A stretch of DNA of 43,554 nucleotides from Arachnia sp. (GCA_035467795.1 DATITN010000122.1:1-43554), one strand, 5' to 3'; counted from the stretch's first letter, positions 13,339-22,989 are shown. Numbers and translations: made by a program. Notes: generated by a model not told the origin, from the sequence alone.

Positions 13339-13816
13339 CGTTGTCCTCCATGTCCCACATGCCGACGGAGTCTGCGTCGACGCCCTCCAGCCTCCGCTCG
13401 AGGATGAGCGCGTCGGCACCGGGTCCGTAGTAGTCCGGCCGGGTGGCCACGGCCGCGAAACCATAGCCCTGGTACAGCTGGATGGCCGAGGCGTTGGACG
13501 CGTCAACCTCCAGCAGCATCCGCCGCGCCCCGTGGCCGATGGCCCACTGCAGGCCGGCCATCAGCATCACGCGGGCGAATCCGAGGCGGCGCTGATGGGG
13601 CGCCACGACGATGCGGTGCAGGTCCGACACGTCGTCGACCAACTGGAATGCGGCCACGCCCACCGCCTCTCCGCTCTTGCGGCGGGCGATGAGCACGAGG
13701 CGACCCTCGCCGGTGACCTCCTGGCGCCACGACGCCTCGGACCATTGCGTGGCGAAGTGTTCCTCCAGCGCGAGGATGTCCGGCAGATCCTCCGCGACGG
13801 CCGTCTCGACGATCAC
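13331..13816 (-). CDS. rimI: RimI-like N-acetyltransferase (GNAT)
   Basis: [28 protein letters not shown]. Sits between tsaB and tsaD with overlapping start/stop codons. Confidence 0.85.
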   Translation of the reverse strand: MIVETAVAEDLPDILALEEHFATQWSEASWRQEVTGEGRLVLIARRKSGEAVGVAAFQLVDDVSDLHRIVVAPHQRRLGFARVMLMAGLQWAIGHGARRMLLEVDASNASAIQLYQGYGFAAVATRPDYYGPGADALILERRLEGVDADSVGMWDMEDNDE

Positions 13817-14460
13817 CGGGGAGCCCTGAGCCGCGGGAGCGCGGACTTGGGTGCGCCGGGCACGGAGGCGTCCGCCGCGCGCAGGTAGTACGGCTCGTCG
13901 CCTGCGGGGAGAAGAAGCGGCCACCGGGCCGCGAGGAGCGCCGGGTCCAACGACTCCGGGCCCTTGACGTCCAGGAGGGCGCGGAACGCCGTGGGGACGG
14001 CGCCGGCCACGGGAAGGGGCGGCAACGCCTCCGGGGCGCTCACCTGCGGGTCTGAGACGCGCGTCCCGTCGCCGAGGTAGGTGGCCCAGTACAGCTCCTT
14101 GCGGCGGGCGTCCGAGGCGACGACGAACTCGGCCGGCGCGCCCTCCTCCGCCCACTGCCTGGCCACCACATCGAGGGAACAGACGCCGTGCGCCGCGCGG
14201 CCGGAGGCGTGCGCGAGGGTCCACGCGGTGGCGACGCCCACCCTCAATCCGGTGAACGGCCCCGGCCCCATCCCGACGGCGAACTCGTCGACGTCTCGAA
14301 GGGTGATTCCGGCGCGGGCGCAGGCCTCAAGCACCGACGGCATGAGCGACTCGGCGTGGGCGCGGGTGTCTGCCACCATCACGCGGGTGTGCGGCTCACC
14401 GTCGAGGGCCAGGCCAACCGCGACGACGTGGCTGGTGTCGATGCCGAGGGTCCAGGTCAT
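13813..14460 (-). CDS. tsaB: t6A complex subunit TsaB
   Basis: LGIDTS, HAESL, GPGPFTGLRVG, VCSLD, DARRKELY. Confidence 0.95.
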   Translation of the reverse strand: MTWTLGIDTSHVVAVGLALDGEPHTRVMVADTRAHAESLMPSVLEACARAGITLRDVDEFAVGMGPGPFTGLRVGVATAWTLAHASGRAAHGVCSLDVVARQWAEEGAPAEFVVASDARRKELYWATYLGDGTRVSDPQVSAPEALPPLPVAGAVPTAFRALLDVKGPESLDPALLAARWPLLLPAGDEPYYLRAADASVPGAPKSALPRLRAPR

Positions 14461-15377
14461 GGCGCCTCCCTGAGGACGTCGAGGGCACCGGCCCATCGGG
14501 GCCCGAAGCCGGTGAGGTAGACGGTGCGATCGTCCGAGTCCATCCCGCGGACGATGTCGATCTCGAGACGGTCCTCGGCCAGCCACTCGGCCAGTCCGTG
14601 GCCCCATTCGACCAGGGTCACGGACTCGGCGAGCGTGGCGTCGAGGTCGATGTCGGCGAGCTCCGAGGCGTCGCCCAGCCGGTAGGCGTCCACGTGGACC
14701 AGCGCCGGCCCCCCGCCCCGGGGCGGATGGACGCGCGAGATCACGAAGGTGGGAGAGATGATGGGGCCCTCGACGTCCAGCCCCTCCCCGATGCCCTGCG
14801 TGAGGGTGGTCTTCCCCGCGCCCAGCTCGCCCGTGGCGACGATCACGTCGCCCTTGGCCAGCACAGCCGCCAAGGCGCGACCGAGCCGGCGCATGTCATC
14901 GGCCGTGGGCACGTCGATGACGACGGGAAGGTCCCGGCCCATGCGGAAGCCGTGCGGCTCCGGCGCCATGACATCGAAGCCGTGGTCCTTCCACCAGTCG
15001 ACGAGCTGCGGGAACTCCTCGCGCGCGAACAGCGAGGCGCGCCGGGCGCCCAGATCCGCCGCCACGGTGAGGGCCCCCTCCACCAGCGACCGGGCAACGC
15101 CCTGGCCGCTGGCGGACGGGAGCACCGACACGCGCCGAAGAGTGGCCGTGCCGTCTGTCATGTCGACGAGGAGGCCCGCGATGATGCGCCCCTCGCGCTC
15201 CACCACCACTCCGTAGCCCTCGGTGAGGGCACGCTCGATGTCGGCAACCTCGTCGGTCAGCGCCTCGGCCGGCGGGTCCACTGGTGGACGCGCCGCGAAC
15301 GCCTCATGGATGACGTGAAGCAGCTCGGCGGCGTCGCCCGGATCGGCGATCCGGATCGACAGGGTGGCGGTGTCCAT
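14457..15377 (-). CDS. tsaE: GNAT acetyltransferase domain fused to the t6A ATPase TsaE
   Basis: N-terminal ~150 aa GNAT (RVSVLPSASGQGVA). C-terminal GELGAGKTT, SPTFVI, HVDAYRL, LVEWG. Confidence 0.92.
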   Translation of the reverse strand: MDTATLSIRIADPGDAAELLHVIHEAFAARPPVDPPAEALTDEVADIERALTEGYGVVVEREGRIIAGLLVDMTDGTATLRRVSVLPSASGQGVARSLVEGALTVAADLGARRASLFAREEFPQLVDWWKDHGFDVMAPEPHGFRMGRDLPVVIDVPTADDMRRLGRALAAVLAKGDVIVATGELGAGKTTLTQGIGEGLDVEGPIISPTFVISRVHPPRGGGPALVHVDAYRLGDASELADIDLDATLAESVTLVEWGHGLAEWLAEDRLEIDIVRGMDSDDRTVYLTGFGPRWAGALDVLREAP

Positions 15378-15397
15378 AGGCGCGAAATCCTACGCCC

Positions 15398-17347
15398 TCA
15401 CCAACGATCCCTGCGGCCCCCGCGCTGCCCACCGCGGCCGCCCTCGTAGCGACGGCCACCATGGCCGCCCCCCTCGGGACGACGACGCTGAGCCTGCTTG
15501 GGTGCGATGAGCCGCTGGTAGTCAGCCTCGGAGATCTCGACGCCCGACGTGGGACGCGCCCCGGTCGCCTCGCGCAGCTCCGCGGAGCCCGGCTCCACGG
15601 CGAGGGCAGCTGCCCGCACCCCGGCCTGGCTCAGCAGCCGCTCGGTGGAGCGCTGCTGGTGCGGCAGGACCACCGTGGCCACAACACCCTCCTGGCCGGC
15701 GCGGGCGGTGCGCCCGGCGCGGTGGAGGTAGTCCTTCGAGTCACGCGGCGGATCGACCTGCAGCACCAGCGTCACATCGTCGACGTGGATGCCGCGGGCC
15801 GCCACGTCGGTGGCGACGAGGACCGGCACAGTGCCGTCCTTGAACGCGGCCAGGATGCGGGCGCGCGCGCCCTGGGTAAGGCCGCCGTGGAGCGAGCCCG
15901 CCATCACACCCGCCTCGCGGAGCTGGCCGGCAATGCGGTCTGTGCCCAACTGGGTGCGGGCGAACAGGACGGTGCGACCGTCGCGGTTGGCGATCTCCGC
16001 CGTGACCTGGTTCTTGTGGTGCGGGCGAACGATCAGCGGCCGGTGCACCATCGTCGTGACCGAGTTCTGGCTGGAGTCCACCTGGTGCGTGACCGGGTCG
16101 TTGAGGTAGGTCCGCACGATGGAATCGACGGCCGCGTCGAGGGTTGCGGAGAACAGCAGCCGCTGCCCACCCTCGGGGGTGGCGTCGAGCAACGTGCGCA
16201 CCTCCTTCGTGAAGCCGAGGTCTGCCATGTGGTCGGCCTCGTCGAGGACGGAGATCTGCACCTGGCTGAGGTCCGCGGCGCCCTGCTCCAGCAGATCGAT
16301 GAGGCGGCCGGGAGTGGCCACCACCACGTCGACTCCGCGCTCGAAGGCGCGGATCTGCGGACCGTAGGCCATGCCGCCGGCGATGAGCGTGAGGTCGAGC
16401 CGCATCGCGGCCGCCAGCGGGGAGAGGACGTCTGCGATCTGGAGGGCCAGCTCACGGGTGGGCGTCAGGATCATGGCCCGAGGGGATCCGACAGGGGTCC
16501 CCTCCGCCAGCCTGGTCAGCATCGCCAGGCCGAAGGCCAGCGTCTTGCCCGAGCCGGTGCGGCCCCGGCCCAGGACGTCGCGGCCGGCGATGGCGTCGCC
16601 GATGGTGGCGGCCTGGATGGGGAACGGGGCGCTGATGCCCTGGCCTGCGAGGACGCGCACCAACGGCTCAGCAACACCGAGCTCGAAGAAGCCCGACGCC
16701 ACGTCGCCCTCGACACCCTCCGCCGTCGTGGCGGTCCAGCTCATCTGGTCCGCCTCGGGGGCGTCGAAGTTGTCCTGGCGGGGGGCGCGGGTGTCGCGGC
16801 GGTCATGGCCGCGGCGGTCGTCGTGGCCGCGTGGCTCGTGCGGGCGGCGCACCTCGACGTGGGGAGGCATCGAACTGCGGCGGTGACCGCCGGAGCGGTC
16901 CCCACCACGGTCATCGCGGTCGCCCCAGCGGGGACGGTCGTCGCGGGCCGGACGGTCGTCGCGGCGGGGTCGGTCGTCGCGGGAGCGATCGGAGTAGCGG
17001 TCCTCGCGGGGGCGATCGTCGCGGGCCGGACGGTCGTCGCGGCGGGGTCGGTCATCCCGGGAGCGATCGGAGTAGCGGTCCTCGCGGGGACGGTCGTCGC
17101 GGCGGGGACGGTCGTCGCGGACCGACCGGTCGTCGCGGGCGGGGCGCTCATCGGTGCGGGGGCGGTCTGAGCCCTCGTCGGTCTTGGGGACGAAGGGACG
17201 GTCACCGAACTCCAGCGCGCGGCGCTGCTTGCGGTTGAGCGGGGCGCCCGGGGCCGGGGCTTCGGTGCGGCCGCGACGTTGGGCCTTGAGGCCCTTGGCG
17301 GTGCGCTGCTCGGGTGACCAACGGTCTTTCTGGCGTGGTGCGTTCAT
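15398..17347 (-). CDS. DEAD-box RNA helicase with long Arg/Asp-rich N-terminal extension
   Basis: Q motif FPIQ, RTGSGKT, PTRELA, TPGR, DEAD, SAT, ARGIH, HRAGRTAR. Confidence 0.95.
   Translation of the reverse strand: MNAPRQKDRWSPEQRTAKGLKAQRRGRTEAPAPGAPLNRKQRRALEFGDRPFVPKTDEGSDRPRTDERPARDDRSVRDDRPRRDDRPREDRYSDRSRDDRPRRDDRPARDDRPREDRYSDRSRDDRPRRDDRPARDDRPRWGDRDDRGGDRSGGHRRSSMPPHVEVRRPHEPRGHDDRRGHDRRDTRAPRQDNFDAPEADQMSWTATTAEGVEGDVASGFFELGVAEPLVRVLAGQGISAPFPIQAATIGDAIAGRDVLGRGRTGSGKTLAFGLAMLTRLAEGTPVGSPRAMILTPTRELALQIADVLSPLAAAMRLDLTLIAGGMAYGPQIRAFERGVDVVVATPGRLIDLLEQGAADLSQVQISVLDEADHMADLGFTKEVRTLLDATPEGGQRLLFSATLDAAVDSIVRTYLNDPVTHQVDSSQNSVTTMVHRPLIVRPHHKNQVTAEIANRDGRTVLFARTQLGTDRIAGQLREAGVMAGSLHGGLTQGARARILAAFKDGTVPVLVATDVAARGIHVDDVTLVLQVDPPRDSKDYLHRAGRTARAGQEGVVATVVLPHQQRSTERLLSQAGVRAAALAVEPGSAELREATGARPTSGVEISEADYQRLIAPKQAQRRRPEGGGHGGRRYEGGRGGQRGGRRDRW
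16940..17095. repeat. Two near-identical 78-bp coding tandem repeats within a wider RDDRP-type repeat tract (about 16920-17160)
   Basis: GGGAGCGATCGGAGTAGCGGTCCTCGCGGG recurs at 16981 and 17059 (period 78). Encodes RDDRPRRDDRPARDDRPREDRYSDRS units. Confidence 0.9.
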
Positions 17348-17374
17348 GATAGAAGAGGTCCTCTGCGGGATAGT

Positions 17375-17512
17375 GGGCCCTGGATTCGGGCCGCTCGGGC
17401 CCACATCGGGGCCCCTCGATTTGCCCGCTCATCTGTCACACGCTGGCGTTAATCGCCTTACCGGGCCCGTCGAGTCTACGGTCTCGACTCGGATTCTCCG
17501 AATCCAGGGCCC
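17375..17512 (-). promoter_or_regulatory. Structured leader of the DEAD-box helicase gene, bounded by a perfect 15-bp inverted repeat
   Basis: GGGCCCTGGATTCGG (17375-17389) / CCGAATCCAGGGCCC (17498-17512), with nested stems GTCGAG/CTCGAC, CGGGCCC/GGGCCCG and GGCG/CGCC. Confidence 0.6.
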
Positions 17513-17590
17513 TTTGAACGTCACCAGACGTTCATTGAGCGTTTCCCTGACAGAGGTGCCCCGGACACCGCCGTCAGTAAAATTGGGGTT

Positions 17591-18727
17591 GTGCGAGTTG
17601 CCATCGTCGCGGAATCGTTTCTCCCGAGCGTCAACGGGGTCACCAACTCTGTGCTGCGCGTCCTCGAACATCTGAGGGCGAACGGCCACGAGGCGATGGT
17701 GATAGCCCCGCAGGCGGGTGACCGCACCCCACGGGAGTACTGCGGCTTCCCCGTCGAGACCGTCACCAGCGTCGGCCTGCCCGGGTACGACGTGGTGAGG
17801 GTGGTCACCACCACGTCCTCCTCCATCGCCAGGCTTCTCACCGGATTCGCCCCCGATGTCATCCACCTGGCGGCGCCGTTCGTCGTCGGATACAAGGCGG
17901 CCACTGTCGCGGCCAGGCTCGGCATTCCCATGGTGGGCATCTATCAGACCGAGGTGCCCACCTACGCGAGCCGGTACGGCTTCCCGCAGCTGGAGCCATT
18001 CCTCTGGCACCACGTCCGGCAGGTCCACTCCCTCGCCTCGCTCAACTTCGCACCCTCGACGTTCGCCCGCGACCAGCTGATCGCCCAGGGTGTGCCGCGC
18101 GTGGGGGTCTGGGGGCGTGGCGTGGACTCGGGCAGGTTCGATCCGGCCAAACGCAGCGCAGATTTCCGGGCCCTCCATGCCCCGAACGGGGAACGGTTGA
18201 TCGGCTACATGGGCCGGCTGGCGACGGAGAAGCGGGTCGAAGACCTGGCCACACTCGCGGACATCCCCGGCACGCGCCTGGTCATCATCGGCGACGGCCC
18301 ACTCCGCCCTCAGCTGGAGGCGGCCCTCCCCCGCGCCGCCTTCCTGGGCGAACTGACGGGCGAGGACCTACCCTCGGCCCTGGCCAGCCTGGACCTCTTC
18401 GTCCATCCCGGCGAGCTGGAGACGTTCTGCCAGTCCATCCAGGAGGCGAAGGCATCCGGCCTCGCCGTCATCGCGCCGCGACGGGGCGGCCCGATCGACC
18501 TGGTGGACCAGTCCCGCACCGGCTGGCTGTACCGCCCCGGAGACCTCGCCGCGATGCGCGGCCATGTGCTGGACCTGATCGGCGACGACGCCAAGCGCGG
18601 CGCCTTCGGGCGGGCGGCCCGACACTCCACGCTGGACCGGAGCTGGGACACGGTGTGCGCCGAACTGATCGGCCACTACGCCAAGGCCGTCAAGTTGTCG
18701 GTGCGCGGCCCCAAGCTCGTCGCCTGA
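17591..18727 (+). CDS. GT4 glycosyltransferase (MgtA-like GDP-mannose-dependent mannosyltransferase)
   Basis: [44 protein letters not shown]. Confidence 0.9.
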   Translation: MRVAIVAESFLPSVNGVTNSVLRVLEHLRANGHEAMVIAPQAGDRTPREYCGFPVETVTSVGLPGYDVVRVVTTTSSSIARLLTGFAPDVIHLAAPFVVGYKAATVAARLGIPMVGIYQTEVPTYASRYGFPQLEPFLWHHVRQVHSLASLNFAPSTFARDQLIAQGVPRVGVWGRGVDSGRFDPAKRSADFRALHAPNGERLIGYMGRLATEKRVEDLATLADIPGTRLVIIGDGPLRPQLEAALPRAAFLGELTGEDLPSALASLDLFVHPGELETFCQSIQEAKASGLAVIAPRRGGPIDLVDQSRTGWLYRPGDLAAMRGHVLDLIGDDAKRGAFGRAARHSTLDRSWDTVCAELIGHYAKAVKLSVRGPKLVA

Positions 18728-18736
18728 GCCATCGGC

Positions 18737-21163
18737 TCACCACACCTCGCCGGCTGCGGCCACCTCCACGAGCGCGTCCCTCAGAGACCCAGGGATGTCG
18801 ACGGTGGCGAGTTCCTGCACCATCGCCCATCCGCTCAGTCCGGTGACGGCCCGCCACGCCGCCTCCTTGGCGGTGAACTCGATCTCGGCCGCGTCGATCA
18901 GCGCGAACGCGTCGCCGGCCACGTCGCGCGGCGCGCGCCTCGCCCCACCCAGGCGCACCGAGACCACCGAGCCGAGGTCCACCTCCCCCAGCCACACCCG
19001 GAGCGCGGGCGCGAGGAGCTCGTCCGTGATCCGCGACGGGTGATCGACGTGGTGCAACGTGCCGGCCACCCACACCTCCACCAGCTCAACTGACTCCACT
19101 CCCACCACGTCAAGCGCGACCGTCCTGGGGTCCGCCGCCGCGCCGTGCCCCGGCCGCAAGGTCACGGTCAGCGTGGCGGTGCGGTCGGGGTGCGCCTCGA
19201 GCACCTGCTCCATGCGAACCTGGCGACGGGCCTCAGGCCCCGGTGCCGCGCTTCCGTCATCCTCCACCAGATGCGACACGGCGGTGCCGGGCATCACGCG
19301 CAGGTCCAGCGCCCGGGGGGACTCGGTCACGTCCGCCATCGGGTCCGCGCTGAGCGCGATGACGGCGCCCGCCCTGGCCAGGACCGGATAGCCGCCGAGC
19401 CCGCGGTGCAGGACCACCGTCCGCCCGCCGTCGTGGCGGTGGCCGGTGAACAGGTCCGTCCACGAGCCCTCGGGGAGCCAGGCGCGAGTGGAGGCGAGGT
19501 GCGAGGCGCCGTCCTCCGCCGCGGTGATCGGGGCCACGAGCAGGTGCTCGCCCACCATCGACTGGTTGGGCACCTGGTAGGCCGCCGCGACATCCGGGTG
19601 GTCGTGATACATCGGCCGCACCAGGGCCACCTGCTCGGCGTGGGCTGCCCAGGCCGCCGTGTAGAGGTAGGGCACCAGGCGGTGACGAAGCCTGAGGAAC
19701 GCTGCCATGATGCGCTCGGCCTCGGGCCCGTACCCCCACGGCTCCTTCGAGGCGAAGGGGCTCGACGAGGAGTGCAGCCTGTTGATCGGCGAGAAGACGC
19801 CCAGCTGGAACCAGCGCACCGCCATCTCGACGTCGCGGCTGCCGAACATGTGCCCGCCGATGTCGTGGCTCCACCACGGGTATCCGATGTTGGCGGCCGT
19901 GGCGGTGAAATACGGCTGGAAGTCCAGCGAGTCCCAGGTGGTGATCGTGTCGCCCGAGAAGCCCACCGGGTAGCGGTGGCTGCCGGGGCCTGAGTAGCGC
20001 GAGAACGTCAGGGGCCGCCGCCCTCCCCGGCCGGAGTCGTGGTAGTGGATGTGGTTGAGCATCCACAGCGGGTCCAGCCCCGCCAGAGCCGTCGCGCCCC
20101 CCGACTGCCAGTCGATCCACCAGAAGTCCACTCCCTGGTCCTCCAGCGGATGGTGCAGGTGCGCGAGGTAGGCGTCGACGAATTCTCGAGACGTCACGTC
20201 GAACTCGACGGCGGCACCCGTTGCCGGGTCGATCCCCACAGCGCGCGCCACGGACGGGTAGGCCTCCTCGTGCCGACGGACTCCGTCTGCCGGGTGGACG
20301 TTGAGGGTGACGGCGAGCCCGCGCTCATGCAGGGCGGCGAGGAAGGCCTGCGGGTCCGGGAACAGCTCACGGTTCCAGGTGTAGCCCGTCCAGCCGGTGC
20401 CCAGCTCCGGATCGACGTCGACGACGTGCCAGTCCATGTCGATGACCCCCACCGAGAGCGGGATCCGCTCGGACCGGAAGCGGTCCATCACGGCCAGGTA
20501 CTCGTCGGCCCGGTACGGCCAGTAGCGGCTCCACCAGTTGCCCAGGACGAAGCGGGGCACCAGCGGGACGGGGCCGGTGAGGCGGTGATAGTCGGACAGC
20601 GCACCGCGGTAGTCGCGGCCGTGGGCGAACAGGTACAGGTCTCGGCCGCCGCCCTCACGCCCGGCCACCCACCCGTCCGGTGACAGCAGCACGGAGGTGG
20701 AGTCGTCCAGCACGGCGAATCCGTAGGTGGCGAGGATGCCCGGCTCCAGGGGGCAGGCGCCGTCCACCTCGTCGAGGGTGCGGGCCGTGCCGAGCAGGTT
20801 GCCGCGACCGGGCAGGTTCTGTGGGTAGCTCTCGCCGAAGCGCCACGTGGAGTAGTGCGGATCGGATGAGCCGCGGGTCAGGGTGACGCTGAGCCCGGAG
20901 CCGCTGAACGGCCCGCCGTCGTAGCGCAGGCGCAGGTGCTCCGTGCGCACCTCGAGTTCACCGCCCACGGCGTCGGCGGTGAACTCGGGCACCTCGAAGG
21001 AGCGGTTGACGACGGTCTGGGTGCGCTCGTCGACGAAGCGTCCCTCCGGGTGCCACTCGAATCTCAGCAGCCGGCTGGTGAGCACGGTGATGCGGTACGT
21101 GGGCCCGGCGACCACGGCATCGGGATGGGCTGGGGCCGGCTGGCCGTCCGACATCGCGAACAT
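18737..21163 (-). CDS. Glycoside hydrolase family 31 (alpha-glucosidase/alpha-xylosidase-like)
   Basis: GNWWSRYW, VIDMDWH, nucleophile motif WWIDWQ, GFSGD, WSHDIGG. GAGGAGAGG RBS. Confidence 0.9.
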   Translation of the reverse strand: MFAMSDGQPAPAHPDAVVAGPTYRITVLTSRLLRFEWHPEGRFVDERTQTVVNRSFEVPEFTADAVGGELEVRTEHLRLRYDGGPFSGSGLSVTLTRGSSDPHYSTWRFGESYPQNLPGRGNLLGTARTLDEVDGACPLEPGILATYGFAVLDDSTSVLLSPDGWVAGREGGGRDLYLFAHGRDYRGALSDYHRLTGPVPLVPRFVLGNWWSRYWPYRADEYLAVMDRFRSERIPLSVGVIDMDWHVVDVDPELGTGWTGYTWNRELFPDPQAFLAALHERGLAVTLNVHPADGVRRHEEAYPSVARAVGIDPATGAAVEFDVTSREFVDAYLAHLHHPLEDQGVDFWWIDWQSGGATALAGLDPLWMLNHIHYHDSGRGGRRPLTFSRYSGPGSHRYPVGFSGDTITTWDSLDFQPYFTATAANIGYPWWSHDIGGHMFGSRDVEMAVRWFQLGVFSPINRLHSSSSPFASKEPWGYGPEAERIMAAFLRLRHRLVPYLYTAAWAAHAEQVALVRPMYHDHPDVAAAYQVPNQSMVGEHLLVAPITAAEDGASHLASTRAWLPEGSWTDLFTGHRHDGGRTVVLHRGLGGYPVLARAGAVIALSADPMADVTESPRALDLRVMPGTAVSHLVEDDGSAAPGPEARRQVRMEQVLEAHPDRTATLTVTLRPGHGAAADPRTVALDVVGVESVELVEVWVAGTLHHVDHPSRITDELLAPALRVWLGEVDLGSVVSVRLGGARRAPRDVAGDAFALIDAAEIEFTAKEAAWRAVTGLSGWAMVQELATVDIPGSLRDALVEVAAAGEVW

Positions 21164-21203
21164 GGGGGCGTCCTCTCCTCGGCGGCTGGCCGCCGGCGGC
21201 GCC

Positions 21204-21704
21204 TCAGCTGTCTTCGGTGGGTGCGTGCGTGTGGTACGTGTCCTGCTCCTCGGTGAACTCCTTCACCGGGGCGACGAGGTCGATGGTCTGTCCGTCGTCG
21301 AACTCCAACCTACATTCGATCTCCTCGCCTCCTGCGACGAGCTCACCGGTCAGACCCATCAGCATCACATGCGGCCCGCCGGGCGCCAGGTGCTGGTGCT
21401 CCCCCGCCGGCACGGGAAGCCCTCCCTCGGCCTCCTGCATCACCATCTGGCCATCCACCTTGACCATCTCGTGCAGCTCGACCTTCGCCGCGACATCCCC
21501 GCAGTCCGCGGAGACCAGCATCCGGTCCTCCTCGGACGGGTTGGTGAGATTGACGAACAGTGCGGTCATCTCCGGCATCTCGGTGCCGACGGTGGCGCGG
21601 ACCCAGGGATCCGCAGCGAGGATGCCGGGGGTTGCGCTCTCTGCCTGGGAGCAGGCGGCGAGGGCGACGGCGGCGAGGACGGGGACGGCGAGCTTCCAGT
21701 TCAC
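21204..21704 (-). CDS. Copper chaperone PCu(A)C lipoprotein
   Basis: Lipobox LAAC, WVRAT, ELHEM....GQMVM, LAPGGPHVMLMGL, His-containing tail. Confidence 0.9.
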   Translation of the reverse strand: MNWKLAVPVLAAVALAACSQAESATPGILAADPWVRATVGTEMPEMTALFVNLTNPSEEDRMLVSADCGDVAAKVELHEMVKVDGQMVMQEAEGGLPVPAGEHQHLAPGGPHVMLMGLTGELVAGGEEIECRLEFDDGQTIDLVAPVKEFTEEQDTYHTHAPTEDS

Positions 21705-21728
21705 CCTGGGATCATAGCCGATTTTCCA

Positions 21729-21755
21729 TACCCCCGGGGGTACCCTACCGGGGTC
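21729..21755. promoter_or_regulatory. Tandem CsoR/RicR-like copper repressor operators
   Basis: TACCCCCGGGGGTA (21729-21742) overlapping TACCCTACCGGGGTC (21741-21755). Matches the TACC...GGTA C/G-tract style of CsoR-family sites and sits directly upstream of a copper chaperone gene. Confidence 0.7.
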
Positions 21756-21789
21756 TGTGGACATCGGCCCCGCGGGTAGACTGCGCCGC

Positions 21790-22989
21790 ATGTCCACGCA
21801 GCACGTCACCCGACGCGGGGTCTTCGGCTACGCCGGTGCGGCCACGCTGGGCGGCGCAGCAGGGGTGGTCGCCGGTCGGGCGTCCCGAGGGGCGGCCGAT
21901 GACCCCGCGACATCCTCGGCGGGCGGTCAGACGTTCCCGGCCCACGGCGTTCATCAGTCCGGCATCCTCACCACGCAGCCCGCCGTCGGCCACCTCATCG
22001 CCTTCGATCTCCTCCCCCGGACGGACCGCTCCGCCCTCGGACGGCTCATGCGCGTGTGGAGCGCGGACATCGCCGCGCTGATGGCCGGCCGCCCCGCCCC
22101 GGGAGACTCCGCACCGGACCTCGCCCAGGCCGGCGCATCGCTGAGCATCCTGGTCGGCCTGGGACCGCGCGTCTTCGATCTGGACGGCCTCGACCCGATG
22201 CGCCCCGCGGGCTTCCAGGAGATCCCCCCGATGGAGCACGACCAGCTCCAGCACCGCTGGTCAGGCGGGGACCTGCTCGTCTGGATCTCCGCCGACGACG
22301 CCACCACCACCGCGCACGCCGCACGCCGGCTCACCGCAGACGCCGGCCCGTTCGCCACCAGCCGGTGGGTCCAGAGCGGTTCGTGGCGCCCTGTGGACGC
22401 CGAGGGCAACCCGGCGACCGGGCGCAACCTGTTCGGTCAGGTGGATGGCACCGCCAACCCCACCGACGACGCCCTTACCAGCGCCGTGTTCTCCGAGGAC
22501 GGCTGGCTCTCCGGAGGCACCCAGCTGGTGATCCGCCGGATAGAGATGCACCTGGATGCGTGGGACGACGCCACGCGGGACCGCCAGGAGCAGTCCGTGG
22601 GCCGGCGCCTCGACACCGGGGCGCCACTCACCGGGGAGGCCGAACACGACGCCCTGGACCTGGGCGCCATGGCCGACGGTGCGCCCGTGATCGCGGCGGA
22701 CGCCCATGCCCGCCGCGCCCATCCGTCGCAGAACTCGGGCCGCACCATGCTGCGCCGCGGCCTCAACTACACCCACGACGAGTGGGCCGATGGCGCCCCC
22801 GTCTCGACGGCGGGGCTGATCTTCGGCGCCTTCCAGGCCAACATCGCGGAGCAGTACATCCCGGTGCAGCGCATGCTGGACCTCGGAGACGCGCTCAACG
22901 AATGGACCACGGCCATCGGATCGGCCGTGTTCGCGATCCCCCCCGGCTTCGCGCCCGACTCCTACCTCGCGCAAGGACTCCTCGAATGA
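21790..22989 (+). CDS. Tat-exported DyP-type heme peroxidase (class A/EfeB-like)
   Basis: Twin-arginine TRRGVFG signal, RNLFGQVDGTAN (GxxDG), proximal His in AHARRA, distal Arg in LRRG. Confidence 0.93.
   Translation: MSTQHVTRRGVFGYAGAATLGGAAGVVAGRASRGAADDPATSSAGGQTFPAHGVHQSGILTTQPAVGHLIAFDLLPRTDRSALGRLMRVWSADIAALMAGRPAPGDSAPDLAQAGASLSILVGLGPRVFDLDGLDPMRPAGFQEIPPMEHDQLQHRWSGGDLLVWISADDATTTAHAARRLTADAGPFATSRWVQSGSWRPVDAEGNPATGRNLFGQVDGTANPTDDALTSAVFSEDGWLSGGTQLVIRRIEMHLDAWDDATRDRQEQSVGRRLDTGAPLTGEAEHDALDLGAMADGAPVIAADAHARRAHPSQNSGRTMLRRGLNYTHDEWADGAPVSTAGLIFGAFQANIAEQYIPVQRMLDLGDALNEWTTAIGSAVFAIPPGFAPDSYLAQGLLE

Noticed and set aside
16920-17160. Repeat array that could be mistaken for CRISPR
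   Set aside because: In-frame coding repeats with no unique spacers and no cas genes.
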